37,358 bases of DNA from Octopus bimaculoides (Eukaryota): NCBI RefSeq assembly GCF_001194135.2, contig NC_069001.1, forward strand, positions 11,440,823-11,478,180, in the 5' to 3' direction. Below are positions 1-13,056 of the stretch, piece by piece; the stretch's first letter is position 1, and every line of letters starts with the position of its first letter. The position numbers and the translations under genes are program-made. The notes under the pieces are model-generated. The model did not search any database. It was not told where the DNA came from and worked only from the letters and a program-made list of their open reading frames with translations.

Positions 1-32
<32 letters not shown>

Positions 33-659
33 CATACATACATATGTATATATATATATATTTGTTTTTGTTTAATAGCTTCTGAAATTATCGAACGAAG
101 GAAAAAAATGTGCTAAATGATTTAATATAGAATTGACATTATGATATTTAAGATAGTGTTGTCAAGTTCTAACCAGTTAGCAAAACGCATAATCGTTTCG
201 TATTAATGTGAACCGAACCTATTTTCACTTTTGAAATAGTTTTTTTATCTTCTCGCCCACCGAATTATTAATGTATTTGAATTACATTAGAATATATTTG
301 TCTGTTATCAAGATTTAATACATCACTCAGTTTAACACCAACACCAACTCATGGTCATTGGGTGCCGTGAGTGTGGTACTCTGTCACTATCTTTAGACGA
401 TGTGTCCAGTCAGAAGATAGATTCCTCCTTTCCTTCCACCAATCTCAGATGTTCTGAAAACGGTAGTGAGTACTTATGTCTTTCCTCTACGAAAATGAAA
501 GGTACAAAGCTAGCAATATTTTATTGGTGGGGAGAAGGCTTAGTCAAAACCATTGATCTCCTTACGAGGCTAGTACTGTATTTATCGACCCATAAGGGAT
601 GAAAGTTAACATTAGCGGGCGGGATTTGAATTGAAAATGATAATTGCTTGCATAGGTAC

Positions 660-929
660 GACGCTAGAAAATATTTGCATTGGGAACGACTTCACAACGA
701 CAACCGGTGATTGTCACACGCTGATGACGGCCCAATACCCAGAAACTCGTGTCCGTATGTATCACGTCAGGTTTGAGATGGGAGGGATGGTTTCCCTTTG
801 CAAATACTGATAGGGCAAAGAAAGTGTGTCAATAATCAGCTGGAGGAGGTGTCTTCCTGGGGCTACAAGCTACAGTAGCATCAACCCTTAAGAGTTAGCC
901 ACATCTAAGTGGCAAATATACTGTACGAC
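660..929 (+). mobile_element. Probable PLE pseudo-LTR remnant carrying a degenerate hammerhead motif, ending in (AT)n
   Basis: GC-richer ~270-bp block containing acacg-CTGATGA-cggcccaataccca-GAAAC-tcgt-GTC-cgtat at 716-758. Boundaries approximate. Confidence 0.4.
716..758 (+). ncRNA. Degenerate minimal type-I hammerhead ribozyme motif
   Basis: CTGATGA at 721, GAAAC at 742, GTC triplet at 751. Stem I acacg/cgtat pairs 4 of 5; stem II pairs poorly. Confidence 0.45.
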
Positions 930-2500
930 ATATATATATATTTATATATTTGATCCTTTGTATTGAACACTCAATATTTCATCTACATTCAATTCTTTAT
1001 TTCATGGTGCCATCCATTTTTATTTTATTTTATATCATATATTGTATATTATATTATATATTCCATATCCCACATTAGTTCTGTAGGAATATAAATAAAA
1101 CATAAAAAACAGACAGTGTTGGAACTCTTTTAAACAAAATAATATATTCCTCTATACACAATCATACANNNNNNNNNNNNNNNNNNNNNNNNNNNNNNNN
1201 NNNNNNNNNNNNNNNNNNNNNNNNNNNNNNNNNNNNNNNNNNNNNNNNNNNNNNNNNNNNNNNNNNNNNNNNNNNNNNNNNNNNNNNNNNNNNNNNNNNN
1301 NNNNNNNNNNNNNNNNNNNNNNNNNNNNNNNNNNNNNNNNNNNNNNNNNNNNNNNNNNNNNNNNNNNNNNNNNNNNNNNNNNNNNNNNNNNNNNNNNNNN
1401 NNNNNNNNNNNNNNNNNNNNNNNNNNNNNNNNNNNNNNNNNNNNNNNNNNNNNNNNNNNNNNNNNNNNNNNNNNNNNNNNNNNNNNNNNNNNNNNNNNNN
1501 NNNNNNNNNNNNNNNNNNNNNNNNNNNNNNNNNNNNNNNNNNNNNNNNNNNNNNNNNNNNNNNNNNNNNNNNNNNNNNNNNNNNNNNNNNNNNNNNNNNN
1601 NNNNNNNNNNNNNNNNNNNNNNNNNNNNNNNNNNNNNNNNNNNNNTATATATGATGGGCTTCTTTCAGTTTTATGTCTCGAATCAGTACCAATCCTTTGA
1701 ATAGGATTTCTCCTAGACTCACTTCTGGGCGAGGAAATCTTCTGTATTTTCTTTTCTACCAGGCCGTGGACACTATGATCCACACTATTATTAGTGAGGA
1801 AAGCAGAACCCCTCTAATAACAGAATGGTATACACTTAGTATCTTCTTCCATAATCTAATGTTTATGGCTGTCATTTCTCATTCTCACTGACTCGGACCG
1901 ACTGTTTGCAAACTGGGTTCTTTGAGCAGAGGGTGATGACCTACCGTAACTTGAAGGACCCTTATGTAATTAGCAGAAATTCTTTTTAATTGATTACATG
2001 GTATTTGCTCAATATAATGCATCGTAAAATTAAGTTGTTCGTTAACTTGCGTGGCATACTATGTCTTCCCTCTTGAGAGAGCAATTGGATTATCTGAGGC
2101 AATTTTCCTTGTGAAAAATAATAGAATACATACAGACAGAGGTGCAATGTTGTCATGGACCGACGACATACAATGCGTCACGTGATAAACATAGCTAATC
2201 GGCTAATATTTTATTTTCTTGATTTTCGACCAAAATGTTCCAGGGGATTTTTAATCAAAATAAATTATTAAGGAGTTTATTTTCAATATATTTTTTTATA
2301 TTTACATTCGTAAACGTGTGCATACAAATAGGCACACCACATACACACACCTACAAACACAAGCATTTATGCGTATGTGTGTATGAATGTGCGCATAATA
2401 TACACACACACATATATATACGTATATGCACACCACGTATATGTGCAGAAGGAGAGAGACAGATATAAATAGACAACATATATGTGTTTGAGTGTGTGTG

Positions 2501-2548
<48 letters not shown>

Positions 2549-2575
2549 GAAAATGGAGCAACAAATATAAGAAGC

Positions 2576-2621
<46 letters not shown>

Positions 2622-4789
2622 GTAGTTAGTTAGAGATAGATAGATAGATAGATCGATACATACATAATTTAGTCTTTTGTGTTATTTGTCAGTCGATCAA
2701 TGCTCTTCCCTNNNNNNNNNNNNNNNNNNNNNNNNNNNNNNNNNNNNNNNNNNNNNNNNNNNNNNNNNNNNNNNNNNNNNNNNNNNNNNNNNNNNNNNNN
2801 NNNNNNNNNNNNNNNNNNNNNNNNNNNNNNNNNNNNNNNNNNNNNNNNNNNNNNNNNNNNNNNNNNNNNNNNNNNNNNNNNNNNNNNNNNNNNNNNNNNN
2901 NNNNNNNNNNNNNNNNNNNNNNNNNNNNNNNNNNNNNNNNNNNNNNNNNNNNNNNNNNNNNNNNNNNNNNNNNNNNNNNNNNNNNNNNNNNNNNNNNNNN
3001 NNNNNNNNNNNNNNNNNNNNNNNNNNNNNNNNNNNNNNNNNNNNNNNNNNNNNNNNNNNNNNNNNNNNNNNNNNNNNNNNNNNNNNNNNNNNNNNNNNNN
3101 NNNNNNNNNNNNNNNNNNNNNNNNNNNNNNNNNNNNNNNNNNNNNNNNNNNNNNNNNNNNNNNNNNNNNNNNNNNNNNNNNNNNNNNNNNNNNNNNNNNN
3201 NNNNNNNNNNNNNNNNNNNNNNNNNNNNNNNNNNNNNNNNNNNNNNNNNNNNNNNNNNNNNNNNNNNNNNNNNNNNNNNNNNNNNNNNNNNNNNNNNNNN
3301 NNNNNNNNNNNNNNNNNNNNNNNNNNNNNNNNNNNNNNNNNNNNNNNNNNNNNNNNNNNNNNNNNNNNNNTATTTCTTGTGGTGCTTTGCAATACATTAT
3401 TGGCACCCTGCAAACTGCAGATAAAGATAGATGAAAACATTTCAAGAAATACTAGCTCAATATTCAAACGAATATATTTTTTTCATTTCAACAACAACAG
3501 ACGCTAAATAAGCCTCAAAGAACAACAAAATGAAAATAATTAAAAGAAAGAAGAAAAAAAACTGAGGAAGAAAAAAGTCTCAAGTAAAGGAATGATAAAA
3601 AAAAAAAACACACACACACACAATACAAAACAATAATGTGACACGAAACGAAATGATTCACTATAATCAAATAGCGCATGCGTAAGTACGCGCATGCGTG
3701 TATGTCAATTATTTACTTGTATACATCTAAATGAATTTTTTGCTGTTTATTTGGTGTTTATTTATTATTACTTTTCATGGCAGATATAATTAAATCGAAC
3801 TAACCACCATGCTTTTGTCCGACAATAATAAATGTAGTTAATGAATAGGACCTTTATATAACTCTGGTTTGTTCATTTGTTTTCTTCTTCGAGAAATATA
3901 GAATTGCTTCCATAGATTTTGCTTCCAATTGTTTAGAGATTTTTATTTATTTCTTTAACAATTTCTTCCATTCTCACTTTGACGTTTTTCTACTATTTTC
4001 TGTTTTCTCTTTTCATTCTACAATTTTGCCTTTTCATTTTTTATTCATTAAATTTCTTCGTTTGATGTTATTTTTATGTATATCATTCGGTTTTACTATT
4101 ATATTCCAGTATATTTTATATTTGTATTTCGTTTGTAATGGACTTTTCGTTAAATAGATTTTCAGTTAATATAAAATTGTGTTTATCTCATGTCAAATTA
4201 TTTTTCATCACCGTATTCAGTCAGCCATTTAGTCATATGATATTAGCGATCAACTAACACCATTAACAATTACACCAACACCAATCAGAAAATGAACACC
4301 AGCATCGCCACCGCCACTAATATCATAACTCAACTAACAGTCATAACAAAAACAAAAGAAATGCCAAAAAAATAAATAAAGGTGTTGTATGTCTATTGTG
4401 CTGTTGACTTGTATTTGCATATTCTACTTGCTGTCTTGCAAACTGCGTATATAAATCAGTTTATATAGTCTGCCTTCTGGCATTACAAGCAAACACACTC
4501 ACACACAAACACACATCGCCTGACGATCGCAGTAGCATGAAACTCAAAGTGATAGGCGAATATTAGACTTCAAAAAACTATATACATATTTGTGTCTGTG
4601 TTTGTGAGTATGAGCGTTTGAGTGCGTGTGTGTGTGTGTGTCAGTGCGTGCGTTCACGTTCTTTTGTGTGCGTAAATTTATCGAAAATTTTACTATTAAT
4701 TGCGAACCAGTTGTGAGAACATGGCTTCCATAAGGCAGGTCCAAAGTGGTCCACGAGTATTAATTTGAAATATGTGAATCGACTAATAG

Positions 4790-5099
4790 GATAGATAGAT
4801 AGATAGAGAAACAGATAAGCAGATAGACATACAGAGACAGAAAAACAGACAGACAGGCAGAAAGATAGATGGATAGACAGGCAGAAAGATAGATGGATAG
4901 ACAGACAAACAGATAGATGGATAGACAGACAAACAGATAGATGGATAGACAGACAAACAGATAGATGGATAGACAGACAAACAGATAGATAGATAGACAG
5001 ACAAACAGATAGATAGATAGACAGACAAACAGATAGATAGATAGACAGACAAACAGATAGATAGATAGATAGATAGACAAACAGATAGATAGATAGACA
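4790..5099. repeat. GATA/GACA-derived minisatellite (~24-bp higher-order unit) running into a gap
   Basis: Repeated agatagatggatagacagacaaac / agatagatagatagacagacaaac units. Confidence 0.9.
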
Positions 5100-6086
5100 N
5101 NNNNNNNNNNNNNNNNNNNNNNNNNNNNNNNNNNNNNNNNNNNNNNNNNNNNNNNNNNNNNNNNNNNNNNNNNNNNNNNNNNNNNNNNNNNNNNNNNNNN
5201 NNNNNNNNNNNNNNNNNNNNNNNNNNNNNNNNNNNNNNNNNNNNNNNNNNNNNNNNNNNNNNNNNNNNNNNNNNNNNNNNNNNNNNNNNNNNNNNNNNNN
5301 NNNNNNNNNNNNNNNNNNNNNNNNNNNNNNNNNNNNNNNNNNNNNNNNNNNNNNNNNNNNNNNNNNNNNNNNNNNNNNNNNNNNNNNNNNNNNNNNNNNN
5401 NNNNNNNNNNNNNNNNNNNNNNNNNNNNNNNNNNNNNNNNNNNNNNNNNNNNNNNNNNNNNNNNNNNNNNNNNNNNNNNNNNNNNNNNNNNNNNNNNNNN
5501 NNNNNNNNNNNNNNNNNNNNNNNNNNNNNNNNNNNNNNNNNNNNNNNNNNNNNNNNNNNNNNNNNNNNNNNNNNNNNNNNNNNNNNNNNNNNNNNNNNNN
5601 NNNNNNNNNNNNNNNNNNNNNNNNNNNNNNNNNNNNNNNNNNNNNNNNNNNNNNNNNNNNNNNNNNNNNNNNNNNNNNNNNNNNNNNNNNNNNNNNNNNN
5701 NNNNNNNNNNNNNNNNNNNNNNNNNNNNNNNNNNNNNNNNNNNNNNNNNNNNNNNNNNNNNNNNNNNNNNNNNNNNNNNNNNNNNNNNNNNNNNNNNNNN
5801 NNNNNNNNNNNNNNNNNNNNNNNNNNNNNNNNNNNNNNNNNNNNNNNNNNNNNNNNNNNNNNNNNNNNNNNNNNNNNNNNNNNNNNNNNNNNNNNNNNNN
5901 NNNNNNNNNNNNNNNNNNNNNNNNNNNNNNNNNNNNNNNNNNNNNNNNNNNNNNNNNNNNNNNNNNNNNNNNNNNNNNNNNNNNNNNNNNNNNNNNNNNN
6001 NNNNNNNNNNNNNNNNNNNNNNNNNNNNNNNNNNNNNNNNNNNNNNNNNNNNNNNNNNNNNNNNNNNNNNNNNNNNNNNNNNNNNN

Positions 6087-6130
<44 letters not shown>

Positions 6131-7019
6131 CGATTAAAGCGACGTTAATCTAAACAAATCAAAGAATCAAGCCCACACATGAAGGTTAACATGGTTCCGT
6201 ATGCGTCCGACTGAGTCAGAATACTCAGCCCTAAATTTCAGTCAAATTATATGTATAGATACTTAACTGTTTAATACTATCTATAATAGCTGTAAACAAA
6301 CCAGGAGACTTGATAAGTTACGGAGCACAAAACGACTTATATTAATATATAGTTATTATTGTATAATATCATAATAATAATATATACATTTCGATTAAAG
6401 CGACATTTATTTAAACAATTGACTGAAAAATGATAAGCTAACTCAGGTTAGAATCGAACTTGTCAAAATATTCCAGAGAAAACACACACACACACAGACA
6501 CACACACACGAACATATCGTTTCGTAAGAAGTTTATAACCTTCGAATATACATGATTGCAATAGCTGTGCTCAACGTTAAGTTCGCCTCCAACGCATTGC
6601 ATTAACTCTTATACGCATGTGTAAAACTGCATATATGCACCTATGTATGTATGTATGTATGTATGTATGTATGTATGGATGGATGTGTACGTGCGTATAT
6701 GCATTGGAATATGTTTTTTTTTTATATATGAACTTTTATAGACAACTGCATTTGTGTAAGCAAGTATTCGGTCTCGTGGATGCATTTGTACGCGAGCGCT
6801 GTTTTTGTTTCTATATTTGCATGTATCTGCGTTTACACGTAGAGGTGTTGATGTATTAATGGCAAAAATCAGAGGCTGCTTGTCTGGATTGCTGTTTGTC
6901 TGCTTGTCTGATTTGGCTGTTGATGGATCGAAATTTGTCCATTGAAGAAGCTTTTAGACAAATGCTGTTGGCCTTAGTTATTTATGTATTCATCAGTAAT
7001 TTAGATTTGACGCGTGTGA

Positions 7020-8780
7020 TGGCGCTGTGTGAGTGGTAATGGCTGTGGTAGTGACAAGTAGTTAAGTGGTAGAGGCGGCGGCGGAGGCGGCGGCGGAGNN
7101 NNNNNNNNNNNNNNNNNNNNNNNNNNNNNNNNNNNNNNNNNNNNNNNNNNNNNNNNNNNNNNNNNNNNNNNNNNNNNNNNNNNNNNNNNNNNNNNNNNNN
7201 NNNNNNNNNNNNNNNNNNNNNNNNNNNNNNNNNNNNNNNNNNNNNNNNNNNNNNNNNNNNNNNNNNNNNNNNNNNNNNNNNNNNNNNNNNNNNNNNNNNN
7301 NNNNNNNNNNNNNNNNNNNNNNNNNNNNNNNNNNNNNNNNNNNNNNNNNNNNNNNNNNNNNNNNNNNNNNNNNNNNNNNNNNNNNNNNNNNNNNNNNNNN
7401 NNNNNNNNNNNNNNNNNNNNNNNNNNNNNNNNNNNNNNNNNNNNNNNNNNNNNNNNNNNNNNNNNNNNNNNNNNNNNNNNNNNNNNNNNNNNNNNNNNNN
7501 NNNNNNNNNNNNNNNNNNNNNNNNNNNNNNNNGGTAGTAGTGGTGGTTGTGGTGGTGGTGGTCGTCGTCGTCGTGGCGGTAGAAGTGGTGGTGGTGGTGG
7601 TGTTGGTGTTAGTGGTTGTGGCGGTGGTGGTGGTGGAGGTATAAGCGATTATGGTAATGACCATGGTGTTAATACTAACATCGGTTGTGTGCAGTGTTGT
7701 TGTTAGTGGTGGTGGATGTTTAACGGCGATGGCGACATAATGACGATGGTATTTAGGAAAAGTGCTGACTGTGTTGGACTGTTCGACTTTTAATGGTATC
7801 GGCGAGGCAGAGGAGGGAATGGTGAGTAATGGATACTGTAGTAGTGTTGATAATGCTTTCATGAAGATGGTGATGATGGCGGTAGTGGTGGTAGTGGAGT
7901 TGATAGAATTAGGATGGTTAGTGACTAAAGAGCTGTTGTCGTTGTTGTTGTTGTTGTTGTTGTTGTTGCTGTCGTTGTTGTTTTTGATTAATCCATCTTA
8001 ATGGAGAAAAATTTATGATGAAAAGCATTCCAATGATGACCAGCATTGGCTTTTAGAGCTGTTGTAGAAGGAGAATTTGTCGGTGGTGGTGGTGATGGCG
8101 GCGGCGGCGGCGGCGGTAGTAGTAGTAGTGGTGGTGATGGCGGTCGTGGTAGGTGTGGCGGTATTGATGATGGTACTGATTGTAATGGCGGCGGTGGTCT
8201 TGATGGTAGTATTGGTTATAGTAGCTCTGGTGGTGGCGGCGTTGGTGGCGGCGGCGGTGATGCTAGTGCTGTTGTGGTGGTGATTGTAGTAGTAGTGGAG
8301 GTACTGATAGTGGTAGTGGTAGCGACTAAGGCGCCAACGGAGAGTCAATCGGGTTCGTGGCGATACTAATAGTAGCTGCATTGGTGCCGGTGTTAGTGGT
8401 TGCAGTAGAAGTAGTAGTGTTGGTGGTTATACTGGTCGTTCTATTAATGATACTAGTAGCAGTTGTGCTGTTGTTAGGCGGGGAAGCAACTCGGAGTGAT
8501 AGTGTTCTTGCTAACAATGGTGAGGGTGGAGGTTCTACTGATGCATTTTCAGTGTTCGAAGTGGTGGCAGTAGCTGTGGTAGAGGTAGGAGTATGGTAGT
8601 GGTGATGGATGTTGTAAAGTTGGCAGCATGGTAATACCAGTAGTAATCGTAGTACTGGTGCTAGTAAGGGTAGTGGTGCTAGTAAGGGTAGTGGTGCTAG
8701 TAAGGGTAGTGGTGCTAGTAAGGGTAGTGGTGCTAGTAAGGGTAGTGGTGGTAGTAATAGCGTTGGTATTAATGGCGACA
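7020..8780. repeat. Low-complexity (GGT/GTT/GGC/AGT)n trinucleotide region
   Basis: Runs of gtg, gtt, ggc and gta triplets; gives poly-V/T/G ORFs in several frames on both strands. Confidence 0.85.
8655..8750. repeat. 18-bp tandem repeat, about 5 copies
   Basis: Unit tagtggtgctagtaaggg at 8671, 8689, 8707 and 8725, plus partial flanking copies. Confidence 0.95.
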
Positions 8781-8881
8781 GTGATGGTCAAGTGATAACC
8801 ATTTCTTTGCCTTGAACCAGAAAGATAGAGGTGTTCGCAATCAATACTCTTTTCTGACGAGTTGCGATCATCCATGTCTTT

Positions 8882-9015
8882 GGCGTGGCTGCGTGGTAAG
8901 GTGCTTGCTTCCAAGCCACATGGTTCAGGGTTCAATCCCACTGTATGGCACATTGGGCAAGAGTCGTCCAAAGCCTTGTGAGATGGATTTGGTAGACAGA
9001 AACTGAGAGAAGCCG
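8882..9015 (+). mobile_element. tRNA-derived SINE family A, 5' half
   Basis: ggcgtggctgcgtggtaag head, gggttcaatccc B-box, ggatttggtagacagaaactgagagaagcc; homologous to the copies at 14230, 25432, 27530 and 30801. Confidence 0.8.
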
Positions 9016-9069
9016 AACGTACGTCTATCCTTCTATCCATCTATCTATCTATCTATACATACATACATA

Positions 9070-9158
<89 letters not shown>

Positions 9159-9161
<3 letters not shown>

Positions 9162-9453
9162 AAGGATCATGGCTTAATGGTCAGGTTGTTGCACTCACGA
9201 TTGCGAGATCATGGGTTCGATTCCCAGACCAGGCGTTGTGTTCTTGTTCAAAGCATTCAATTTCAAGCTGCTCTGCGATCATTTCGTCATCTGACATGTG
9301 ACACCTGTTGCACCTGTACAGGTAATGTCCATTTGATGGAGGAAATGAGCTTATGTCTACACAAACATTTGATCGCTATAAAAGCAAATCATCTGTGTGG
9401 TAGTTCGATAAGAAATTGTCGAACCCTCATACGCCGTCTAACGACAGGAGAGC

Positions 9454-9457
<4 letters not shown>
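9159..9457 (+). mobile_element. tRNA-derived SINE family C
   Basis: tggcttaatggtcagg A-box-like and gggttcgattccc B-box; head similar to 30176 and 34156. Confidence 0.7.
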
Positions 9458-9487
<30 letters not shown>

Positions 9488-10597
9488 CTTTCCTTCAACA
9501 CCCTCTGGATCTTTCCTCCTCCCCCAGGGAATGGGATCCACCACCAACTTTGAGAGCTACTGTTTTATAATTATCTCTCCTTGGTTTCTAGGTATATTCA
9601 CGGATCGAATAACAGAGGAAATCAGGTTCTTGACGCCATATTTAATATTCGATCTGTCATGATTTCGGTAGAACTAACTCAGATTCATTGATTCATGCAA
9701 CTCTTTCCAACCCACAGTGTATTAAATCTGGTGTACGCTTATTACTCCAGAATTACTATGCATAATCATATTTCTATGAATGAACAAACTCCTTGTTGTT
9801 TCTTCTCACAATGCTAATGTCATGGTATGTCACGATTTCTTAAACTTCCGCAATAAACAGAATGTCAGCGCTTCATGTCAAATTTATACATAACCCAGGG
9901 ATAACGATATTGAGAGCATTGTAACTTAGAATAGCACAAACACCCAATCTGTCAGGAACAACACAAAGTAACGACAATTATTAAAGCTATTTGTATATAT
10001 AAGAGAGTGAATGAAAAAGAAACAGAAAAAGAAAGAAAAAGATACGAGCGAATGATTTTAGTAAATATTGCATTGTCTACCTCATCGCGTCCAGCTGGCT
10101 CCGTAAGTAAACCACAAGAATTTTCTGTTTGTGATCTGATAAAGAAACCGAATTAACTAATCTAACAATTTATTACTCGGAGTTTATAGAGAAAAATATA
10201 GTTTCTACCAATTTATTATAAACACAATGTAAGAGATAACGTAACTGCTCCCATTTAATTGGCTTAACAAATGAGTCTAATTTGACTTATATTTTAAATA
10301 TCTTTCATTCGGCTTCTCAGTCTAACATCGTTATATATTGATCCACACGCACTGTATGTCTGGAATCGTTACCTAAAGACATCAGTGCTCTACGATGGAA
10401 AAGTTTCATCTTCGTTAGATTCAAATCATTCAGCCAGGTTCCATACTTATTTTGTTAATGTGGCTGCTTAGCAAGAAGATCCTGACGAATTCGACAGCAA
10501 TACAGTATTTGATATTGAAAAGAAAATGACAATGGTAATGGCCGATTGGTTGTGTTCATGAGAGTGTTTATAGTACTGGCAGAGCCGAAGATTTTGT

Positions 10598-10641
10598 CTA
10601 AGAGCTAACCATGAGTATCCTAAGAGCTAACCATGAGTATC
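10598..10641. repeat. Perfect 22-bp tandem duplication
   Basis: ctaagagctaaccatgagtatc twice (10598-10619, 10620-10641). Confidence 0.95.
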
Positions 10642-13014
10642 ACCGAAGTTGTAGGGAAATGGCCAACATAAATGATAGGACGATGATAACGTTATGATTG
10701 GACGAATATAGTTAAAGACTGTTCAAGTTTGTTTGTGATGGCTGTTATTGCTGTTACTATTGTCGGTGAACATGATAATGTCAACGTCGTTTATGTTGTA
10801 GTTGTGTAGGTGATGGTGGTGGTGGTGGTGGTGGTGTTAATGCTGGTGTTATTCATTGCAGTGATGATGAAATCGGAGCGTACAGATAAAAGGAACGTAA
10901 TTAATAATAAGATGGAGGTGAATAGGTAGGTCTGTATTTGTTGTGGCATTCATATTGTGATAGTAAGTGTAGCGACAGTAATAATAGTAGAGATAACGGT
11001 GATATTGTTGCTGTTGTTATTGTTGTAGTTGTTGTTGGTGGTGGTGGTATTGGCGGCGGCGTAGGTGGTCGGAGTGGGGGCAATGGTGCTGGAGTTGGCG
11101 CTGACCAGTCATGTTGTACATGTGTAGGTATATTGAAGGAGTAAATATATGAAAGGATTTGGCAATTTCCGGAATGTAGTTATTTGAATATTAATTAAAT
11201 TTTTTGTTCATACAAACTGGCGAGAGAAGTAAGTTTCTGTCATATGGTTTGCTTCCATGTGATGTTGATTTAATTTTGGGGGGAAATAATAAAGAGTTAG
11301 ACTGATTGATTATGAAAGAGCAATTGGGAAATTATTAGGAACAGAAACAACGAAAGATGCTTGAAACGAAGTGGACATAGAAACAGAGAATTGGTAAAGT
11401 TTGACAGACACACATATAAACACTCGATGGCGTGAAGACGAAGTAAACAAAAACATTCGGAGGCTGGAAGATGGCGGAAATGAGGATGGATTAAGACTGG
11501 TTGTGGGAGATGTGACGGCGAGAAAATGAACGACATCTATCTATCTAATATATATATATATATAATATAATATAATATAGGATAAAATCTTTATAAGAAT
11601 TTATCAAGTAGTCAGCGAGAAAAAAACCCCATAAGGAAAAAAACTCATCGATTTTTTCCATAAATATATATAATCTATATAAGGGCATTAACTATATAGT
11701 AATGCCTCACGCTTAGAGGGACTAAATAAGTCAGAAACTACCAAAAAATAATCAACATATTTACCGAAAGCGAGGGAAATACAACTTTCAAAAATTAATC
11801 TCCTAAAAACATTTAACTTAACGGCAAACCACTGGTTTCTCAATTAATACAGCAAAACTGTGAAGTAAGCTGCATCTTTTGTTCATCAGTACACGTATGG
11901 TCGAGACACATAAAAAATATAAACAACAAGCAAGATACCACGATGTACCCAACATAACACGATGACTTCTGTTCATCATTATATATCCGTGAAAGAGTTT
12001 NNNNNNNNNNNNNNNNNNNNNNNNNNNNNNNNNNNNNNNNNNNNNNNNNNNNNNNNNNNNNNNNNNNNNNNNNNNNNNNNNNNNNNNNNNNNNNNNNNNN
12101 NNNNNNNNNNNNNNNNNNNNNNNNNNNNNNNNNNNNNNNNNNNNNNNNNNNNNNNNNNNNNNNNNNNNNNNNNNNNNNNNNNNNNNNNNNNNNNNNNNNN
12201 NNNNNNNNNNNNNNNNNNNNNNNNNNNNNNNNNNNNNNNNNNNNNNNNNNNNNNNNNNNNNNNNNNNNNNNNNNNNNNNNNNNNNNNNNNNNNNNNNNNN
12301 NNNNNNNNNNNNNNNNNNNNNNNNNNNNNNNNNNNNNNNNNNNNNNNNNNNNNNNNNNNNNNNNNNNNNNNNNNNNNNNNNNNNNNNNNNNNNNNNNNNN
12401 NNNNNNNNNNNNNNNNNNNNNNNNNNNNNNNNNNNNNNNNNNNNNNNNNNNNNNNNNNNNNNNNNNNNNNNNNNNNNNNNNNNNNNNNNNNNNNATATAT
12501 ATATATATATACATATATATATTAGAAAAAATAATAAGGTACTCAGATATCTGGATGGTTGTACATTTACAAATTTTTATTAATATGTCACATGTCTTAT
12601 AAATATTAGCGCTTGCACCTATTCTTGTAGGTTTTTCAAATATGTATTAATTTGTGTTGCAAGATTGCTAATGGGAAGCCGTGTGTTGAAACAGATATTG
12701 TTCTATTTCGAGATGGTCGTTTTTTTAGGGTGGGGAGGACAAATAAACACACGCACTATATATTCGTTTTCCCCTTGTTTATTACTGTTGTTATTCTAAC
12801 TGATGTCTATTGTCAGGAAATCTTTCATCGAAGGAGGGTTAACTCATGTGGGTTCGAACCCACAAGAGTTAACAAGTGAGACAGAGACAGGCAGAAACAA
12901 GAAAAATGCCGCTGTTACTTGAATACTATACAAATATGTCTTTAAAAAGACTTTTCTTTTAAATTTACCAAAATTTAATTTTTCAATAGTTTAAAAAAAA
13001 TCTATTATTCATAT

Positions 13015-13056
13015 TTACTGTTGAAAAGATCTCAAGGATCGAAACCGGTTCTGTAA
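13015..13056 (+). ncRNA. Degenerate minimal type-I hammerhead motif next to (TA)n
   Basis: ttactg-TTGAAAA-gatc(tcaag)gatc-GAAAC-cg-GTT-ctgtaa: perfect 4-bp stem II, stem I 5 of 6, core differs from CTGAAGA by two transitions. Confidence 0.5.

Noticed and set aside
3371-3400. Minus-strand acceptor-like site (tctttatctgcagtttgcag) leading to VPIMYCKAPQEI
   Set aside because: Runs into a gap after ~30 nt, has no donor, and the peptide is not recognised.
7062-9040. Gly/Ser/Val/Thr-rich ORFs resembling mucins or structural proteins
   Set aside because: Trinucleotide low-complexity DNA is open in several frames on both strands, with no splice or start context; treated as simple repeats.
9159-9235. 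tRNA-like A/B boxes here and at 23140-23217, 25432-25500 and 30176-30245
   Set aside because: These are SINE heads without a full cloverleaf, not tRNA genes.
9530-9562. hAT-like terminus (reverse complement cagtagctctcaaagt)
   Set aside because: Only one short end, with no partner TIR or TSD.
10085-10108. Perfect GTAAGT donor after a possible 8-nt microexon
   Set aside because: Weak acceptor and expected by chance at this window size.
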